64,000 nucleotides of DNA. It comes from Klebsormidium nitens (lineage: Eukaryota; Plantae; Klebsormidiophyceae). The notes under the pieces are model-generated. The model did no database searches, was not told the origin of the DNA, and saw only the letters and a program-made list of their open reading frames with translations. The translations under genes were made by a program, and so were the position numbers. Where the stretch lies: the NCBI GenBank assembly GCA_000708835.1, contig DF237219.1:53307-117306 (forward strand), given 5' to 3'. This document shows positions 1 through 14,000 of this stretch, piece by piece (the first letter of the stretch is position 1; each line of letters starts with the position of its first letter).

Positions 1-510
1 TAGCACGTGGGCTGGCAAGCTTAAAAAAGCAACGAGCTTCGCAGATTGCGCTGCTCAATGGACTGCCCTCTCAGTGTCAGGAGAAATGCAGTTCACCAAC
101 TTCCAAGTGGCGTTGCCCAATTTGCATGATGTGCTATCTTCAAGAATTAGGTCTCAGAACCCCTCGGAAACGGGGAGGCCCATGTCACTAGCTTCACGTT
201 CGTCAATCCAAGGGGGTCCCCCTAGTTTGGGCCTTATCGTCCGTTCGATGAGGGTCAACTGAAGCCCAGCTCAGCCGGATCTTCCTGTGCGGAAAACCCC
301 GCCCTATCTGATCGTCGCTGTGCCCTTGCCCTGCACATACATGTGGTTAAAACTGGGACGAGCCTCAGAGGCCAGCGATCAGGTGATTTGTAGGCAGGTG
401 CTAGGGAGGGGTGGGTTGAGCGCTCGGGAGGGGCAGGGGCGTTATTGTAGCAGGGTGGCAGGGGTCAGGGTGGAAGGTGGGCGGGTGGTGGGGCTCAGTG
501 GACTTGCACC

Positions 511-3067
511 ATGGAGACGGACCTTCTGGATCTTCCCCTGCCTTTGTTAGGATTAGTCCTTGCAAAGCTTCAGAGTGTCGCCGATGTTGCCTCAGTCGCC
601 TGCAGTTGCAAGGTACTGAGAAGTGCTTGCCAAGAAGCCCCGCTGGCTCTACGAGTAGAGCCTCAGGAGGTTGGTGGCGATGTTCCGCTATCAAGGGTCC
701 TGCCTTTGAAGGTGGCGCTGAAAGGGATCTGTGAAACACTCAACAATGTTGTCGCCCTGGACCTGAGAGGTTGCGCGGTGTCAGACATGGACCTCCACTT
801 CCTTCAAAGCATCTCTGCGCTGAGGAGCCTGAATCTTGGGGGGTGTCAGAAGCTGTAAGTTTTGCAAGGTTTCTCAACCGTTGAAAAGTTGTACACAGTG
901 TTTTACATCAGCCTGGCTCAAACTTGTTTCTACAAGGTTGTTTACTAGGAAATCTGAGATTGCTATCTCCAAGAGGTGGCTGGTCGGGCGCAAGACTCTG
1001 CTGGTTAACCACAGCGCTCCTCGCTTTACGTGCTTATCGCTTTCTGCGGGGTTTTGTTTCTGGTCGGTGGTGCTTGTGGTGGGCTCTTTTCCTTGTTTTT
1101 GAAAACTCCAGATTCAGGGGCTGTTGTTCTGCACGCTGAGCTGAAGCCAATCTGGATCTTTGTTTGTGCAGAACGGTGGCAGCCGTGCAAGCTCTTAATT
1201 CAGGCCAATTTGGGCAGGGACTCGAGCTGCTCAACCTGCAGCGGTGCTTCCGGATGTGGACCGCTGATTACAGCTTGCCTTTGCTAGAGCTCCTCACGGG
1301 AGCAGGGTCTTCTGGCCGCTTCCTCAGGACTTTGCTCCTTAGCCACATCTCCTCCTTGGACGCCCTAAAAGCCATTCTCGAGCATGACAAAATAAGCATC
1401 CTGGGGCCTTCGTTGTCAGATGCGAATGCTTGCCCTCAGTCAGGAGGGCCGCCTGCAGAGGTAGGGGAGTCACCTTTACAGAGGGTGCGCCTTGCTGGCC
1501 AACGTCTGCGAATCCTTGCGATGCACAACTGTGGCAAGATTGAAACGGAACATCTTCTTGCCTTGGCGACTGCCTCAAGCAAGCTTGAGGTTCTATGCCT
1601 TGGGGGCTCAAAAGTGGATTGCCAGAGAGTAGATGAGGTGGCCGACGCATTTTCCAGATTCCAGCAGCTGCGCTTGCTTGAGGTCACCTTCTGGGAAGGG
1701 CAAGGAGCATGGTCGAACGGAAATGCCAACGGCTCAGTTTCCTGTGGGACGGCACTTCTTGCCTCTCTCCGGGCATCCCTATCCTCCAACCAGCAGCAGC
1801 GTCAAGTGCGGGTCTGGGACCTCTGCAACACTAAGGATCTCGAGGAGGCCCACTCGTGGTTTCATAGTCATGCATCAGCTCAGGAGAGAGCCGCTCTCAC
1901 TGCGGCTTCGAACTGCTCCGATCAGCGGCGGCGCACACCCCTGCATGTAGCTGCATCAAGGGGAGACACCGCATCAGTGGTCCGCTTGCTAGCGCTTGGG
2001 GCGTCAGCAGGAGGGGAGGGAGTAGTGGTTGGAGATGGTCCACGGGATGTCGGGGGGGCAACAGCGCTGTTCCTAGCCGCCGAGAACGGGCATGCGGGCT
2101 GTGTAGACGCCCTTATCCGAGGGGGTGCCAATGTCCTCGCTGCCAACCGGGGGAACGAGAGCCCACTGTACATAGCTTCTCTGAAAGGTCATTGCGACGT
2201 GGTCGCGGTGATGTTGCAACACTGCCACACGAGGAATCTTGAGTGGCAAGATGCTAACGCGTATGGTGAGGATGTCCTTCTCAGCTTTGGAGGCAACGCA
2301 GTTTTGGAGTTGAGTCTGATTGCCACTGTTGCTAGGCAGTTGTCAACATGTTATGCTGTTGTCGTTTTCTGCACAGGCCTGCCCTTTGTCTCAATGCCCA
2401 TGTCGTTGTCTGCACAATCCCTTTCCTGTCGCTCACAAGGAGCTGGAAATACGAACGGTGACCCAAACGTTACACACGACCTGCAGGGGATGGGTGGACA
2501 CCCCTGATGGCTGCTGCAGTGGCCAACCGTCAGGATGTTGCTAATCTCCTGCTTCAGACAGCGTTTAAGGAGAGTGCATCTGAACCGCCGGACCTCCTCC
2601 CGCCTGGGCTACCCTCCTTCGTCTCCAGCACTGTGCTAGCTCGAGAGACCCGTCATGGCCTGCACTCAGGGGCCCAACTAGGGCCCTCAAAACGGGTCAG
2701 TTTAGGTGTGGATAAAGAGCAGATTAGCAGCTTCTCAGCACGCGCTGGCAACTTGGGAAGCATTCCCCTCATTGATGCTCGGAACAGGTATGGAAGCACG
2801 GCGCTGCATATCAGCGCAACGAAGAGCCTTACTTGGTTTGTTCTCAATCTGCTTACTGCTGGGGCAGATTGGCATATCCAAGATTCTTATGGCTTAACCC
2901 CGCAGCAGGTTGCTGCAAAGTTAGGGCATAGGGATGTTGAGCAGATTCTGTCGAAGTGGGATGTTGATTTGTCGGGGTCGTCAAAGCTCCCATCGGGTAG
3001 GTCGCGTGCAAGGGAGCGGCGAAAGGGACGGGCTTCAAGGAGGTTGGCTGCATCTGGAGACTCTTAA
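511..3067 (+). CDS. F-box / leucine-rich-repeat / ankyrin-repeat protein (3 exons, approx. 511-855, 1171-2264, 2488-3067)
   Basis: N-terminal F-box-like segment (DLLDLPLPLLGLVLAKLQSVADVASVACSCKVLR), LRR-like LxxLxL units (LRSLNLGGC, LEVLCLGGS) and ankyrin motifs (RTPLHVAA, ATALFLAA, ESPLYIAS, WTPLMAAA, STALHISA). GT-AG junctions join the frames. Confidence 0.8.
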
Positions 3068-3608
3068 CCGGGTATCACACGTCAACGAACGAACAGGGAG
3101 CCCGAGTCACAACTTGTCGATTGCAGTCAAGTCGCAGTCAATTTACTGAGCTGCAAATCGTTGCAGGCATGCCTTACTTGCACGCAGAATTACATAAGGG
3201 GTCGATCAATTGGGTGTCTCTTGACACTTCGATGAAAATGACAAACGAAATCATTACATCCACCTGCGAGGTGTCTCAGCACAGGCATTGCATTGAATGG
3301 GCTTGCATGATTGACCAGATTACATGCTGAATTCTAGTAATGGTGCACTACTCAAATCGTTGTCCCTTTCCGTATATTTGTTACTAATAAGACCACGTGT
3401 CTGAGTGCGGGCAGCTGGCTGGCAACAAAAGGAATTTTGTTTCAAGGTTGGCTGAGAGTTGTCATGTAAATTACTAGTGGCACAAATATGGTTCGAATTG
3501 TCCTGCAAGTATGTACACGTATATACTAACTGGTCACCACCGGACAGAAGCGCAGCTCTCCGACCAATCGTATATGCATGCGGCCGGCTAGCTCACCCGT
3601 GTCATTAA

Positions 3609-4363
3609 GGTGGTAGGACGGTAATTCAGGTTGGATTGACCCTGGTTTACGTTCTGGTTCATAGAATGTTCAAAACTAAACCAAATCAGGTTTCGTCTTC
3701 TCCAATGGCTTCGAGACACCCTCGGGGTCCTCTCGAAGCTCCTCTAACCACCTCGAAGTAGTTTGGGTCAGTCTGAGAAACCCTGCCAACTCCAAACAAC
3801 CTGGTTCAAAGGGGTATTTCCATTGGATTTTCTGCCTGTCAACTGCCACGATAAATTTCCTTCGAACAAGAGGAAATCACCTTCGGGGCAAGCTGGGATG
3901 TCAAAAACATTTTTCCAAAAAAAATCTGACGGAAATGTGCACCGCCAGGGGGGAACATACCTGGTCAACAACCTGAGAAAAAACCATTTTGAGCATATAA
4001 GCTGGGAGTTTTGACCATTAACGGTGCACATTTTCGTCAATATTGTGATTTAACCGTTCGATAGACATCCCAGCTTGCCCCGATTCAGTTTTAGGGGGGT
4101 CAATGAGAATTCTATCATTTCGTTTTTCTGACGGCCAAGGGTTCATGTAGGGGGGTAAATGTTCAAACTTCCTCAACTTCAGACTTTCCTCGACAAGTCG
4201 TCAGTGAGTTCGAGGTGGTCCCAGAGTGCTCGAGGGGGCCTCCTTGGTCCCCCCCGAAAGATGCAAAAGACGGGACTCGATTTGACCACGTTATGACCAA
4301 GTTACGCCCCTTCAAACCCTAGAAACCCTCTTTTCTGGCTGAATTACCGTACGTCCTACCACC
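3609..4363. mobile_element. Non-autonomous DNA transposon (MITE/fold-back) with TTAA flanks, Kolobok-like termini
   Basis: TTAA at 3605-3608 and 4364-4367. TIR GGTGGTAGGACG-GTAATTCAG (3609-3629) matches CTGAATTACCGTACGTCCTACCACC (4339-4363) with a 4-nt indel. A perfect internal 19-bp inverted repeat lies at 3884-3902 / 4064-4082. No transposase ORF. Confidence 0.8.
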
Positions 4364-5071
4364 TTAATTATCATGTAGCTAGCTATACCGCGAACTTGAT
4401 TCGGAAAATCCGTGCGGGAGGTTCCGACCACTTCGACTAGATATATAATTCATAGGTTTGAAAAAGTGATCTCAACTTCAAGTATGCTAAAAGCCGAACA
4501 TGGGGCAACAGCTCGATCAGAGACATAAATTCTACCATCTGCATAGGTTTTACATGGCACGCAATGACTCTTCTCTTTGTGCATTGATGATCATACGCAT
4601 CAATTGAGACGGGCCCGAACCAAAGAATCTCGAAACTCCGCTCGATCTCGGTGATCATGTAAGCGTGCAAAAGGGCACATAACAAAATGGCCGGAGCATT
4701 GGATGGTGCGACCTATCTCGTCATAGCGGAAGCTCTCTAAGTAACCGGCGCCCTTTTAGTCATAAAGTCCTAGTTTCTTTCATGGATGTGCTTCGTTAGA
4801 GGCTATAACATGGTACATTGGACGCGATCAGACCAAAATTCTTCAATATGTCTAGCATCGCTTGTAGAGCCTTGATAGCAAAGCCTCGACCATCGTTCCT
4901 CTTTGATTGTTCGTCATAAAGCAAAGAAGAAAGAAGGTAACATGCACAAAGGCATGCTTCAAAAGCTGTGATTGACCCTTCCTGCATTTCCGCAAAGGTT
5001 CTGCTAAGTTCGTCCGGAAGGCCTTCTTCAAAGGCCTGAAGGACGTTTGCCTCCTTTCATGGACCTTGTTG

Positions 5072-6257
5072 TCAGAGGCTTTTGACGTAGGCATCAAGTG
5101 TTGACTCAAAAAGCTCACACCTGCACATTCGACCTGTCAAGTAAGCGATGTCCTATTGAAAGACACACGTATGAACCTCCTGATGGACGTGATGGTTGTG
5201 CCTGAGAGATAATCTGGTATTTGGCTATGAAATCGACCCTTAACAAACATTGAAGACATGTTTACTTTCAGAAGGTGGACTATTAAAGACGAGTTCTTGA
5301 TTCAGCAAAGCATTGCGCCAGTGCAAGAGTCTTCATGTTAAGAATGTGTCCAGGAAACTGACCGGAAAGGCTGTCCCGGAGTGTAGATGGGATTCTTGGA
5401 GACGTACTCAACATAGATATTGCTGTAGATATTCCTCAGCGCTTCTCGCAGGTCTCCCATCCTTGGATCAGTCACAAGGACAAACTGCGCAACAAAGACA
5501 TGCTATGAATCAGCAGCCTCCAGGGAACAGATTGAGTGCCAAGCAAAGGGCCCCACGGACACACAATAAGGGCAACACCAGTCGTCACACCGAAACAGAT
5601 TTAAGTGCTTGGACAACCAAAGTCATGATGCACCTACTGAGCAGAGTAGATTAGAAGCACCACAATAGCACAGATCCGACTCTCAGGACATCTATCTTCC
5701 ATTAAGTTTTTGTGTAGATTATACAATCTCTGACAAACTCTGCTGCCCACCTTGACACCAGCAGCAGTCTCGAAGTAGCTGAGCTTGTAAGTGTTGGTTT
5801 TGAAACTATGAAAGGAGCACCCCTTTCCTGCTTGACCAGCATTGTCACCGCTGCAGAGCACACAGTATCAGTTCTGTTGGACCAGACGTGTAGTGAAGAG
5901 GTCTCAAACAGCACTCCATGTGCTTGGACAATTCAATCACATGCCCATGTTTTGAAGAATTCGGGTGCAGGACGATTGAGGCTCAATTTTACCCACGTTC
6001 AAATGCGCCTCAAACTATGCAAAGAGCAGCAACGTGGACAGAAAGGAGGCAGCGATAGCTCACTTGATAGGATCCAATTTTGCAGTGAATGATTTCAGGG
6101 AGAAGAGCAAGCCAAACATCAGCTTCTGATCTTCTTGAGAGCTCAGTGTCACCAGTGGTCGCGTCCATTCTCGGTAGTGGATGCATATTCCCTGCTTGTT
6201 ATAGACATAAAACGTGTAGATTCCCGGTCTACTTGGCTGATTTAGTTGGTTTAGCAT
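5072..6257 (-). CDS. TRAPPC1: Trafficking protein particle complex subunit 1 (Bet5 family), 4 exons
   Basis: Spliced reading gives IYTFYVYNKQGICIHYREW...KLMFGLLFSLKSFTAKLDP / FHSFKTNTYKLSYFETAAGVK / FVLVTDPRMGDLREALRNIYSNIYVEYVSKNPIYTPGQPFR / CELFESTLDAYVKSL*, the characteristic sybindin/Bet5 sequence. Confidence 0.9.
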
Positions 6258-8067
6258 GGTGAGAAGGAAGCGGGTATATCCTCCTCAACAGCAAAGTTTA
6301 GTGGGAAGAAAGCACGTAAGCCAGCGCTTGTGAGACACTTGTAGAAAGATACATGCTAAGTTTTCAGTCGCATGGAAGCCAATGCTGAACATGCATGAAG
6401 TGTGCAAATGGCAAGGTGCTGATTTGGGAGAACATTGCCGCTATTTGATTGTATTTGTAGCTGCGCCCCTGCAAGCATTTGATTTCGACTCTGAGCTGTC
6501 GAGACTGGACCGACTCGGAGCTGCAATGTATTACAGTAGGTAGATCGATGGGCGCGCGCGCGATCAAGTCTGCAACAAGGGCGCACGCGCGAGTTTCAGA
6601 TCTCTGTACACGGTTTTGAGCGAGTTCGAATTCGCGGCGCCTAGCCAGCCAGTATGGAAGTGGGCAACAAAAGGACTCCTTTTCGGTGATGACAAATTTG
6701 ATGTCACTTATAACCACGTACGGCCGTCGATCTCTTCAAAGCGTCACTCGCGCGGATGATCGAAGGTGCATATGGATTTGACGCATAGTGCTGAGCTTGT
6801 GCTCGACGAGGAATCTGAGCTTTTCGTGGCATGTAGCGAATGGTACTCAGACTGCGTTGACTCGTCCCGCGTACAGGGTCACCATCACACGGTTTGCGGT
6901 CGGTACAAAATCACACTGAGCTCAGCTGCGTCTGCTTTGTCCAAGTACAGTAGCGTACAGATTCAAGATTCAGAGCTTTTCAAAGTTTGCACGAACGTCG
7001 CGTGCTTTTGGAGAGGGAGAGAGGAAGAGCTCGCCAAAGTGTTTGCGTTCATGAACCTTGATGGTATGGCTTTACCAGCTTCTAGGAATGGTTTTGAAAC
7101 CTTGGCGGCTTGTTCTTGAGCATCTCGGTGTTGGTAATCGCATAGGGAGGCCGGCACCATGAAATGCTGTACCTTGCGACAGAAACTGGAGAGCTCCTGG
7201 TCGTTGTCCATGTACTGAGTTAGTCGACCTCTTAGTCGAAAGAAGTACGCAATAAGCCCAAGGATTGAACCCACGCCAAGTCTGTCGGTGAGTTGCTTCG
7301 TTTTTTTCATCAGCATTGCCTTTTCTTCAGCTAGATAGAGTTGTGTTCATCTGCCCAAGCACAAGGTCTGATGCGGACAGGTAAATCACCATGTTGAGAA
7401 TTGGCTGATTTTGGGAGCCGCATGTTTGTGCGAAGAATGCTGCATGTTAAATGGGCAACTCAACCCCTACTAGCAAGGTAACAAATGCTGAGGAAGTGCT
7501 ATTTCGTCTGTTGTGTATGTGCCGAGAGACTTGTGATTGTTCAGGTGGTGCTGTGCCAAGCGTGGCTTTAATTTTAGAGCCGCATCATGTTTGACACAGC
7601 AACTTTGGATCTTGGAGCCGAGTAGAGCAGGGAGGGATGCTTTAAAGTTCTCGTCATGTGATTGTCACAGTGGTCAAATCTCCTGTTGCAGTGAGTGTAT
7701 GGAACGAAGGAATGATCTTTCGCTTCCAACAAGAATTAGGGACCAGCAAATTTTATCTTGCCTGCGTAGTGCAGCATTGCTTGCTTCGTTGAGAGCCTGT
7801 TTAAGTGCATGATTACTGGTTTCTTCATCCCTGGCCTGCAGGGCAAGAGCTATTCTGGACTATTCAATGATGGAGTTGCTCTTCTTGTCCTTCAATACCA
7901 GGGGGGGTTGTTCAGCTTTCAGGGAGACCACAAAATGCTGTTGCACGACAAGCTGTTCAGAGGTCAATGAGTCTGGAACCAGTATTACTCGCTTCAGGAA
8001 TGCTGAATCGAGTTGTCACAGAACAATCAAAGCGGCCAGGCTGATCCGAAGCGTTGTATGCAGGCTA

Positions 8068-11000
8068 ATGCTGCTTGCCATGGACGTGCCGGGGCCATCT
8101 GAAGTGGTCCAGGCCAGCCCATCCCAGCCGCCCTCCTCCAGTGCATCAGAGGGTCATCAGCAGCCCGCCAGCGAAATGCTGCCGCCGGCCCAGCACTCAT
8201 TGCCTGCTTCATCTCCCATAACCACTAGTAGCGCACCGGGCATGCAGACCGTGCTGGCCCAGGTTGCAGACTTCAACCAGGTGCCCCAGGGCCTTGTGTT
8301 AGCAGCCGAGCAGTACCTCCTAGCATCCGAACGAGGGGTGCAAGGAGGGAGGCCCGCACCACATGGGGCGGTTGTTCAAGAAGGGACTGAGAAAAGCGGG
8401 GCCACCGCACAGCCCGTGCGCAACACGCCTGCTTCCATGGCCACAGGCCTTCCAAGTGCTGCGCCAGGGACCTCCTCTGAGAAAGGTAAAATGCTGTGAG
8501 GGTGACCCCGCCCAGCATCAGCCCGCCCTCATCACAGCTAAGCATGCACATTTGGTGACTAGTACTAGCATTGATAAGAGGAGGTCTTGGAGAGTAATCT
8601 TGTCGATCCTACTGATTTGTTCAGTTCTGATTCAGGGCTCCAGGGCTGGACAAGTCCCAACCCACTCTCCAACCATCTTGCAGGAAGTGGCACAGCCCGT
8701 CATGTCAGCGCCGCTGTTCAAACAGGCCCACCAACAGCTGCAAGCGCAGGCGTGCAAGCAGGAGGGGGGCTGCAACCGATCATGTCTGGTAAGCTTTGCA
8801 GCCGCCCTGCCAGACTGCCCCTGACTTGCAAGGGCAAAGCATGCAGAGGTGGCCAATGTTCATCCAGCCTTCTTGAGGCTGTGCTGCAGCGCCCAGGTCT
8901 GCTGTAATCGGCATTGTGCTGGCTGCACTGCTCCACAATACTTCTTTTCAGGGGCCCTTTTGTTCAGATGCTCTTTCTTTTTGTCTTCTCATCTTGTCAA
9001 CCTGTACAGCATTTGTGTACAGCAGCCCTTATATGTTGTTCCTTGTTTGCAGAAGCCCCCACTCAGTACCCTGCCACTGCATCACGCTCTGCCGGCATTG
9101 CCCGGCCCCAGCTGATCTTGCCGCGGCCCCCAACGCCGCGCTCGGTGGGGCTTCCAACTGCCAGCCCAAGATTCTTTCTGCCATCAGGTGAGCCTTTAAA
9201 CGTGCATGCTTAATCTGAAGGATTGTACAGGGAATTATTGGACCTGGTTAGAATGCCTTGTCGCAAGTTGCCATCTCGCAAGTTGTAGACCCTGGGACTG
9301 CGCTCGTGCAGGTTGAATCAACCTTCTTTGCCGATGTCACAAAGACGAAACATATGATCTCTTTGCTGCCTTGTGATATTGTCCCTTTGACATCGATACC
9401 CTTCTTTGTCTCGCTTGCTCAGATTTGTGAGCGGTATGACTTCATGAACAAGTTTAGCCACTAGCTGGTGAGGGATGCAGGCTCTTCCATGTTGCCCAAC
9501 TCAGCAACGCATAACATGTAAGTGTGGGTTGTCTCTTACAGGCGCTGCCGTCACTGTGACCACCACTCATGGCGCGCATCAGCCACAGGGGCGCCATCCA
9601 GGGCATCCGCGCGGTGGCCCAAACGCTTCTAACGCTGGTCATCCCCCCACAGTGTTTCGCATTGAGCTTAATGCAAACGCCCCTCCCCGCACCCCTGCTC
9701 TGTCCCCCTTGGGAACTCAACCGACCCCTGGGGGCCCCTCTCAACAGTGGGGCGGGCCTGCCGTAACTTCGCTGGGAGGGAATGCAAGCAGTGGCCCGGT
9801 GCCAGGGGCCTTGCAGCCGGGACAGTCAGGGGGCTTGGGCGGGCTTTGGGGCTCTCAGACGCCCCTGTCACAGGGTCCACCCGGTGACTGGCCCTCAGGC
9901 CCTGAGTCCAGCGATGGTAGCGCTAGGCAGGCGCTTGGACCAGAAAGCCTTCCAGCCCTCTACTCTCCACTGTCGTCACCGTACGGCGCGCCCTCTTTCA
10001 GGGACTTCAAGAGCCCCCGGGGCGGGTCGACATTGAGAGCAAGGGGCCGGGGTCGTGGCCGGGGTGGCAGGGGGCGGAGGGGTCCGGAAGACGGCGGCTT
10101 CTTTGGTTCTGCGCTCTCTCCCGGTAAGCCTGCACGTTCGGCTACTGACTGGTCTGGAGACTGCTGAGACAACTAAGCATCGGAGTCGCTCTTCTTGCAC
10201 CTTTTTCCCTTTTCAAAGTGCTGATCGCAAGAGTGGTTGAAGACAGTTTAAATAGAACGTCGTAGTTGTTCAAAGCTTTGGAGATCTTTGAAACCTTCGG
10301 CACATGAATGCTAACGTCTTTCGTTGTCTGTCAAGGGTTACCTCCTAATATTCCGATGGCAGCTGTTCATGCTTCGTCGTATCCGCAGCAGCCTGGTTGG
10401 CGCTCTTGGCTGAATTACTTCTTCTGTCTCGCGCCAGGGTTTTTGCTGGCGTCCACGAACGCAATCCAGGAGGCAGTGCAGCGCACGGTGGCGGGGATGA
10501 CCCCCGAGCAGATCCGGCAGGTCGCGCGCCTGTACGGTGTCACAGGGGACACCGTGGACATGCCGTCGCCCAACACCGTCGTCTCACACATGGTCAACGT
10601 CTTCAGCACCTCCGCGGACGCACTTGCCCGCGGGGCGGGGCAGCACCCGCAGGACCCCACCAGGAGAGTGGAGGAGCAGCGGCCGCAGGGGCAGCCAGCT
10701 GACGGGGAGGCCGCGAAGAAGGATGAGGGGCCCAAGGACGAAAATGCTGAGCCCAAGATCGGCGCGGACGTCGAGCTGTTTGTGAGCGAGGCGCTCGTGG
10801 AGCCCAAGGGCGCCGAGGAGGCTGCGGTCGGGCCGGCGACACCAGCACTCAGGCCTGCCACGGAAATGACCGCAGCGGGCACAGCCATGGGGCCAGCGGA
10901 GGGGGCTGGGAATTCTGCCGTCGGTGCTCCTCCAAACACTGACAGCGCTGCACAGCCCCAAGCTAGCGCTGCACAAGCCTCCGCCCTTGTCTCTCCACCC

Positions 11001-14000
11001 CCTGTCAGCACCACACATACGGCAGTCAGCCGGGGGCAGATCTTACGAGGAGACGCTCCGGCTGTATCTGGTCCAGCACCAGGCGTTGGCGGGGCTGCCG
11101 CTGCCCCGGGAAGTGCGGCACCGGAGGCCGTGAAGATGCCTCCCAAGCCGCGCGTCCAGGTGCCCACGACCGTGGCGGAGCCCACGGACAACCTGACCCC
11201 GCGCACAGTGCTCTTAGAGCGGGCGCCCACGCCTCCCAGCACAGGCCCGTATGCGGGGACTCCGACGGTGCGGCCGCAGAGGGAGGGCGAGTCGGCGCTG
11301 GAGAGCCTGTTCCCGGCCAGCCGGTACGTGGTGCAGGAGGCGATGCAGAAGGCGGTACAGGGCATCCAGCAGGACCACTCCGCGGTCATGGGGCGGGCCA
11401 TGATGGCAGGTGAGCCGAAATAACAGAGAAAGGCTACTTGGATGAACTGTAGGCCACGATATGATCTTGAGATCTTGCAGTCTCGATCTGCTGCTGAGAC
11501 GTCTGCCGTTGGAGGTTCAACTACCCTCAAGCCCTCGGAGTACCACCGACAGTTCAGAGAGTTGTTTGACTTGACAGCCTTCCTTTCATGTTCGGGCGTG
11601 CAGTAATGTCGAAAGAAAGTGAGAATATCGACCTTAGGGCGATTGGATTGCGGCTTCATCGGTCTTCCTTGTTTGTCTCCAGGCAACCTGGGGCTGGTCC
11701 AAGCAGCGGTGGCCACTGCGGAGGCGCGCCTGACGGCCGTGTTCAACATCGCGGTCAAAGAGATTGCGGAGCAGATTGGGCGCGAGGCGGCCGCACGCGT
11801 CATCTCTGCGGAGAACCGCGCGGCGCAGGCGGACCGCATGCTCAAGGACACCAAGGAGCAGGCCATGGCCATGATCAAGCGCATCCAGGACAGCTTCCAG
11901 AGGAGGGTAAGGGCGCCGCCGCCCCGCTGCGACCATACCTCAGACGGGCTGTTTCCGACATTGATAATTCCCTATGGCAGGACGTCTGAAGCGTGGGCAC
12001 TACGGGGCGCTCGGCGCTGCAACCGTCTCCTTGTCTCGCGTCTACTTGCATATACGACAACTTGAATGCGCCTCATATAATATTATCGTCCCTCTTTCTG
12101 TTGAAGAGAAATTCCGAAGTCCCGACAGCAAGTACTTCGCGACTCTCTCTCACTGAGTTTAGCGTGCGCTTTTCTTTTGCAGCTGGCCCAGGTGGAGGCT
12201 CGCGCAGCAATGGAGCTCAAGAAGGCCACTAAGAAGAAGCGCGTCCGGGCAGCGGCCGCACCAGCCCCTGCCGCGGATGCTCAAGAGACAGCGGCCAAAG
12301 CGGGGGACACGGCTGCAGTCCAAGAGAAGAGCAAGCCCTTGAACGTTAATGCCGCGGTCCCTGAAACGCCGGTGGAGCAGGAGAAGGAGGAGCGAGTGGC
12401 TGCGCCGGCGAAAGCAGGGCCTCCACCTGAGCTGGTGGAGGCTCCAACCGGGGCTTTGAAGAAAGGTAGGGGCTGTAGAGGAATTCTGCGGAAGTTTACC
12501 ACGTCATGTGCAGCCTTTCGAGGGGCTTCGGAGCTAGTGCGTGCGGTGTGGTGCTAGGAGGGGTCCGGTGCAATCGACTGCATAGAGGTGCGAGGGTTTT
12601 GTCTATCCTGGGCCCCAAGTTCCGCCTCTGCTGTTCCCCCAAGACCACGGCGAAGCTCGTCATCGTCAAGTTTCTTGTTCCCGAAATCTGCTCGTTAAGT
12701 TCAATTGCTTGGCACCTTGCAGCCGCGGTTGCCTCACCCGCCGCCCCCAGACGGGCCGCTGTTCCTGCCAAGCGCAAGAAGCGGACGTTGGCGGAGGACG
12801 AGCCCATCTCGAAGCTGCGCAAGCTGCTCTCCGCACGGGCCAAGCCCGCGAAGCCACGCCCGCGGCCACGCCCCCCGCGGCCGGGCCTGGAGATTTTGCG
12901 CAAGGAGCCCAAGCTGGGGCTACTCAGCGTGGTGGCGGAGGTGATGGACAGCGAGGACGAGGGGCCGCCCCCGCCCAGGCCCGCACCCAAGCCCAGCACC
13001 AAACCCGACAAGAAGGGGAGCACGGGGACGAAGACTGCCAAGGCCGGAGCGTCTAGAAAGGGGGGAGCGGCAGTGAAGGCGATCGCAAAGAGTGGGGTCA
13101 AGAAGGCGGCCAAGAAAGGGCCGAAGGGTGCGCGCCCCGTGGGGCCGGCCGACGCCCCGTCCGAAACGGAGTCGGACGAAGAGACGGTGCCGATCGCGCG
13201 GCGGAAGAAGCTGGTGTCGCAGGACAGCGCGCTCAAGGCCGGCACGCCGGTCGGGAAATCGCCTCAGGCGCCCGGGCGAGCAGGCAGCGCGGCGGCGGCA
13301 GACGAGGACACCCCGGTGGTGCGGCTGACCAAGCTGCCGGCGGGGCTGGAGCAGGCCATGGCGGCGCGCGCGGCGGATAAGGAGCAGGGGGGGAAGAAAG
13401 GGGAGGCTAAGAGGGGACAGGAGCAGGGGGCGGAGAGCGAGGCGACGGTGGTCGAGCTGGTCGACCAGGGCGGGGACGAGGCAACCAGCCCCACCGGGAA
13501 GAAAACCCCTCAGAACAAGCTGTCCATGCGCAAGCCTGCGAAAAGTGAGGCGCCACAAGCAGCCATGTCCCCTTGCTTTGCACAATCTGCTTTTGAAGTG
13601 GACTGTCCTCTCAGGCTTTTCTCATGTCTGCTTGCGCCTTTCTCCGGCCTGCACGAATGTTGTTTACCTTTCTTTTGATTCGTTGTGCACCGTGTCCAAG
13701 CCGCCTTGCTCTCTCGCAGCCCCGCCTGGCAAGGCGGGCAGTGGGGCGGCCAAGCGGCCTCGGCAGCAGGCCGAGTCTGCTCCGGAGCCCCCCGCCAAGG
13801 TCGCGCGCACCACCCGGCAGGACGCGGCCGTGGGTCGGACCAAGAGCGGCCGCAAGACGACGTCCGTCTTCGTGCGGCAGTCCGCCCGCAACCTGGACTC
13901 CGAGATGGACACCAGGAACAAGCGGCGCCTCATGCAGGGGGCCAGGCAGGTGAGCAGGATACCTGTTGCTGTAGCGCAGAAAGGGCGGACGATACCGTGG

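Noticed and set aside
6963-7316. ORF with CDYQHRDAQEQAA resembling the TnpB/Fanzor C-terminal CxxC...HRDxNAA motif
   Set aside because: The spacing is wrong, there are no paired CxxC motifs or RuvC I/II motifs, and no transposon ends. Neighbouring frames at 6364-7316 look vaguely protein-like on both strands but could not be assigned.
10415-11884. 489-aa antisense ORF, and many other long overlapping ORFs in GC-rich exons (e.g. 12920-13585, 22146-23009, 39105-39764, 55790-56593)
   Set aside because: These are shadows of high-GC3 coding exons on the other strand or frame, with no recognisable domains.
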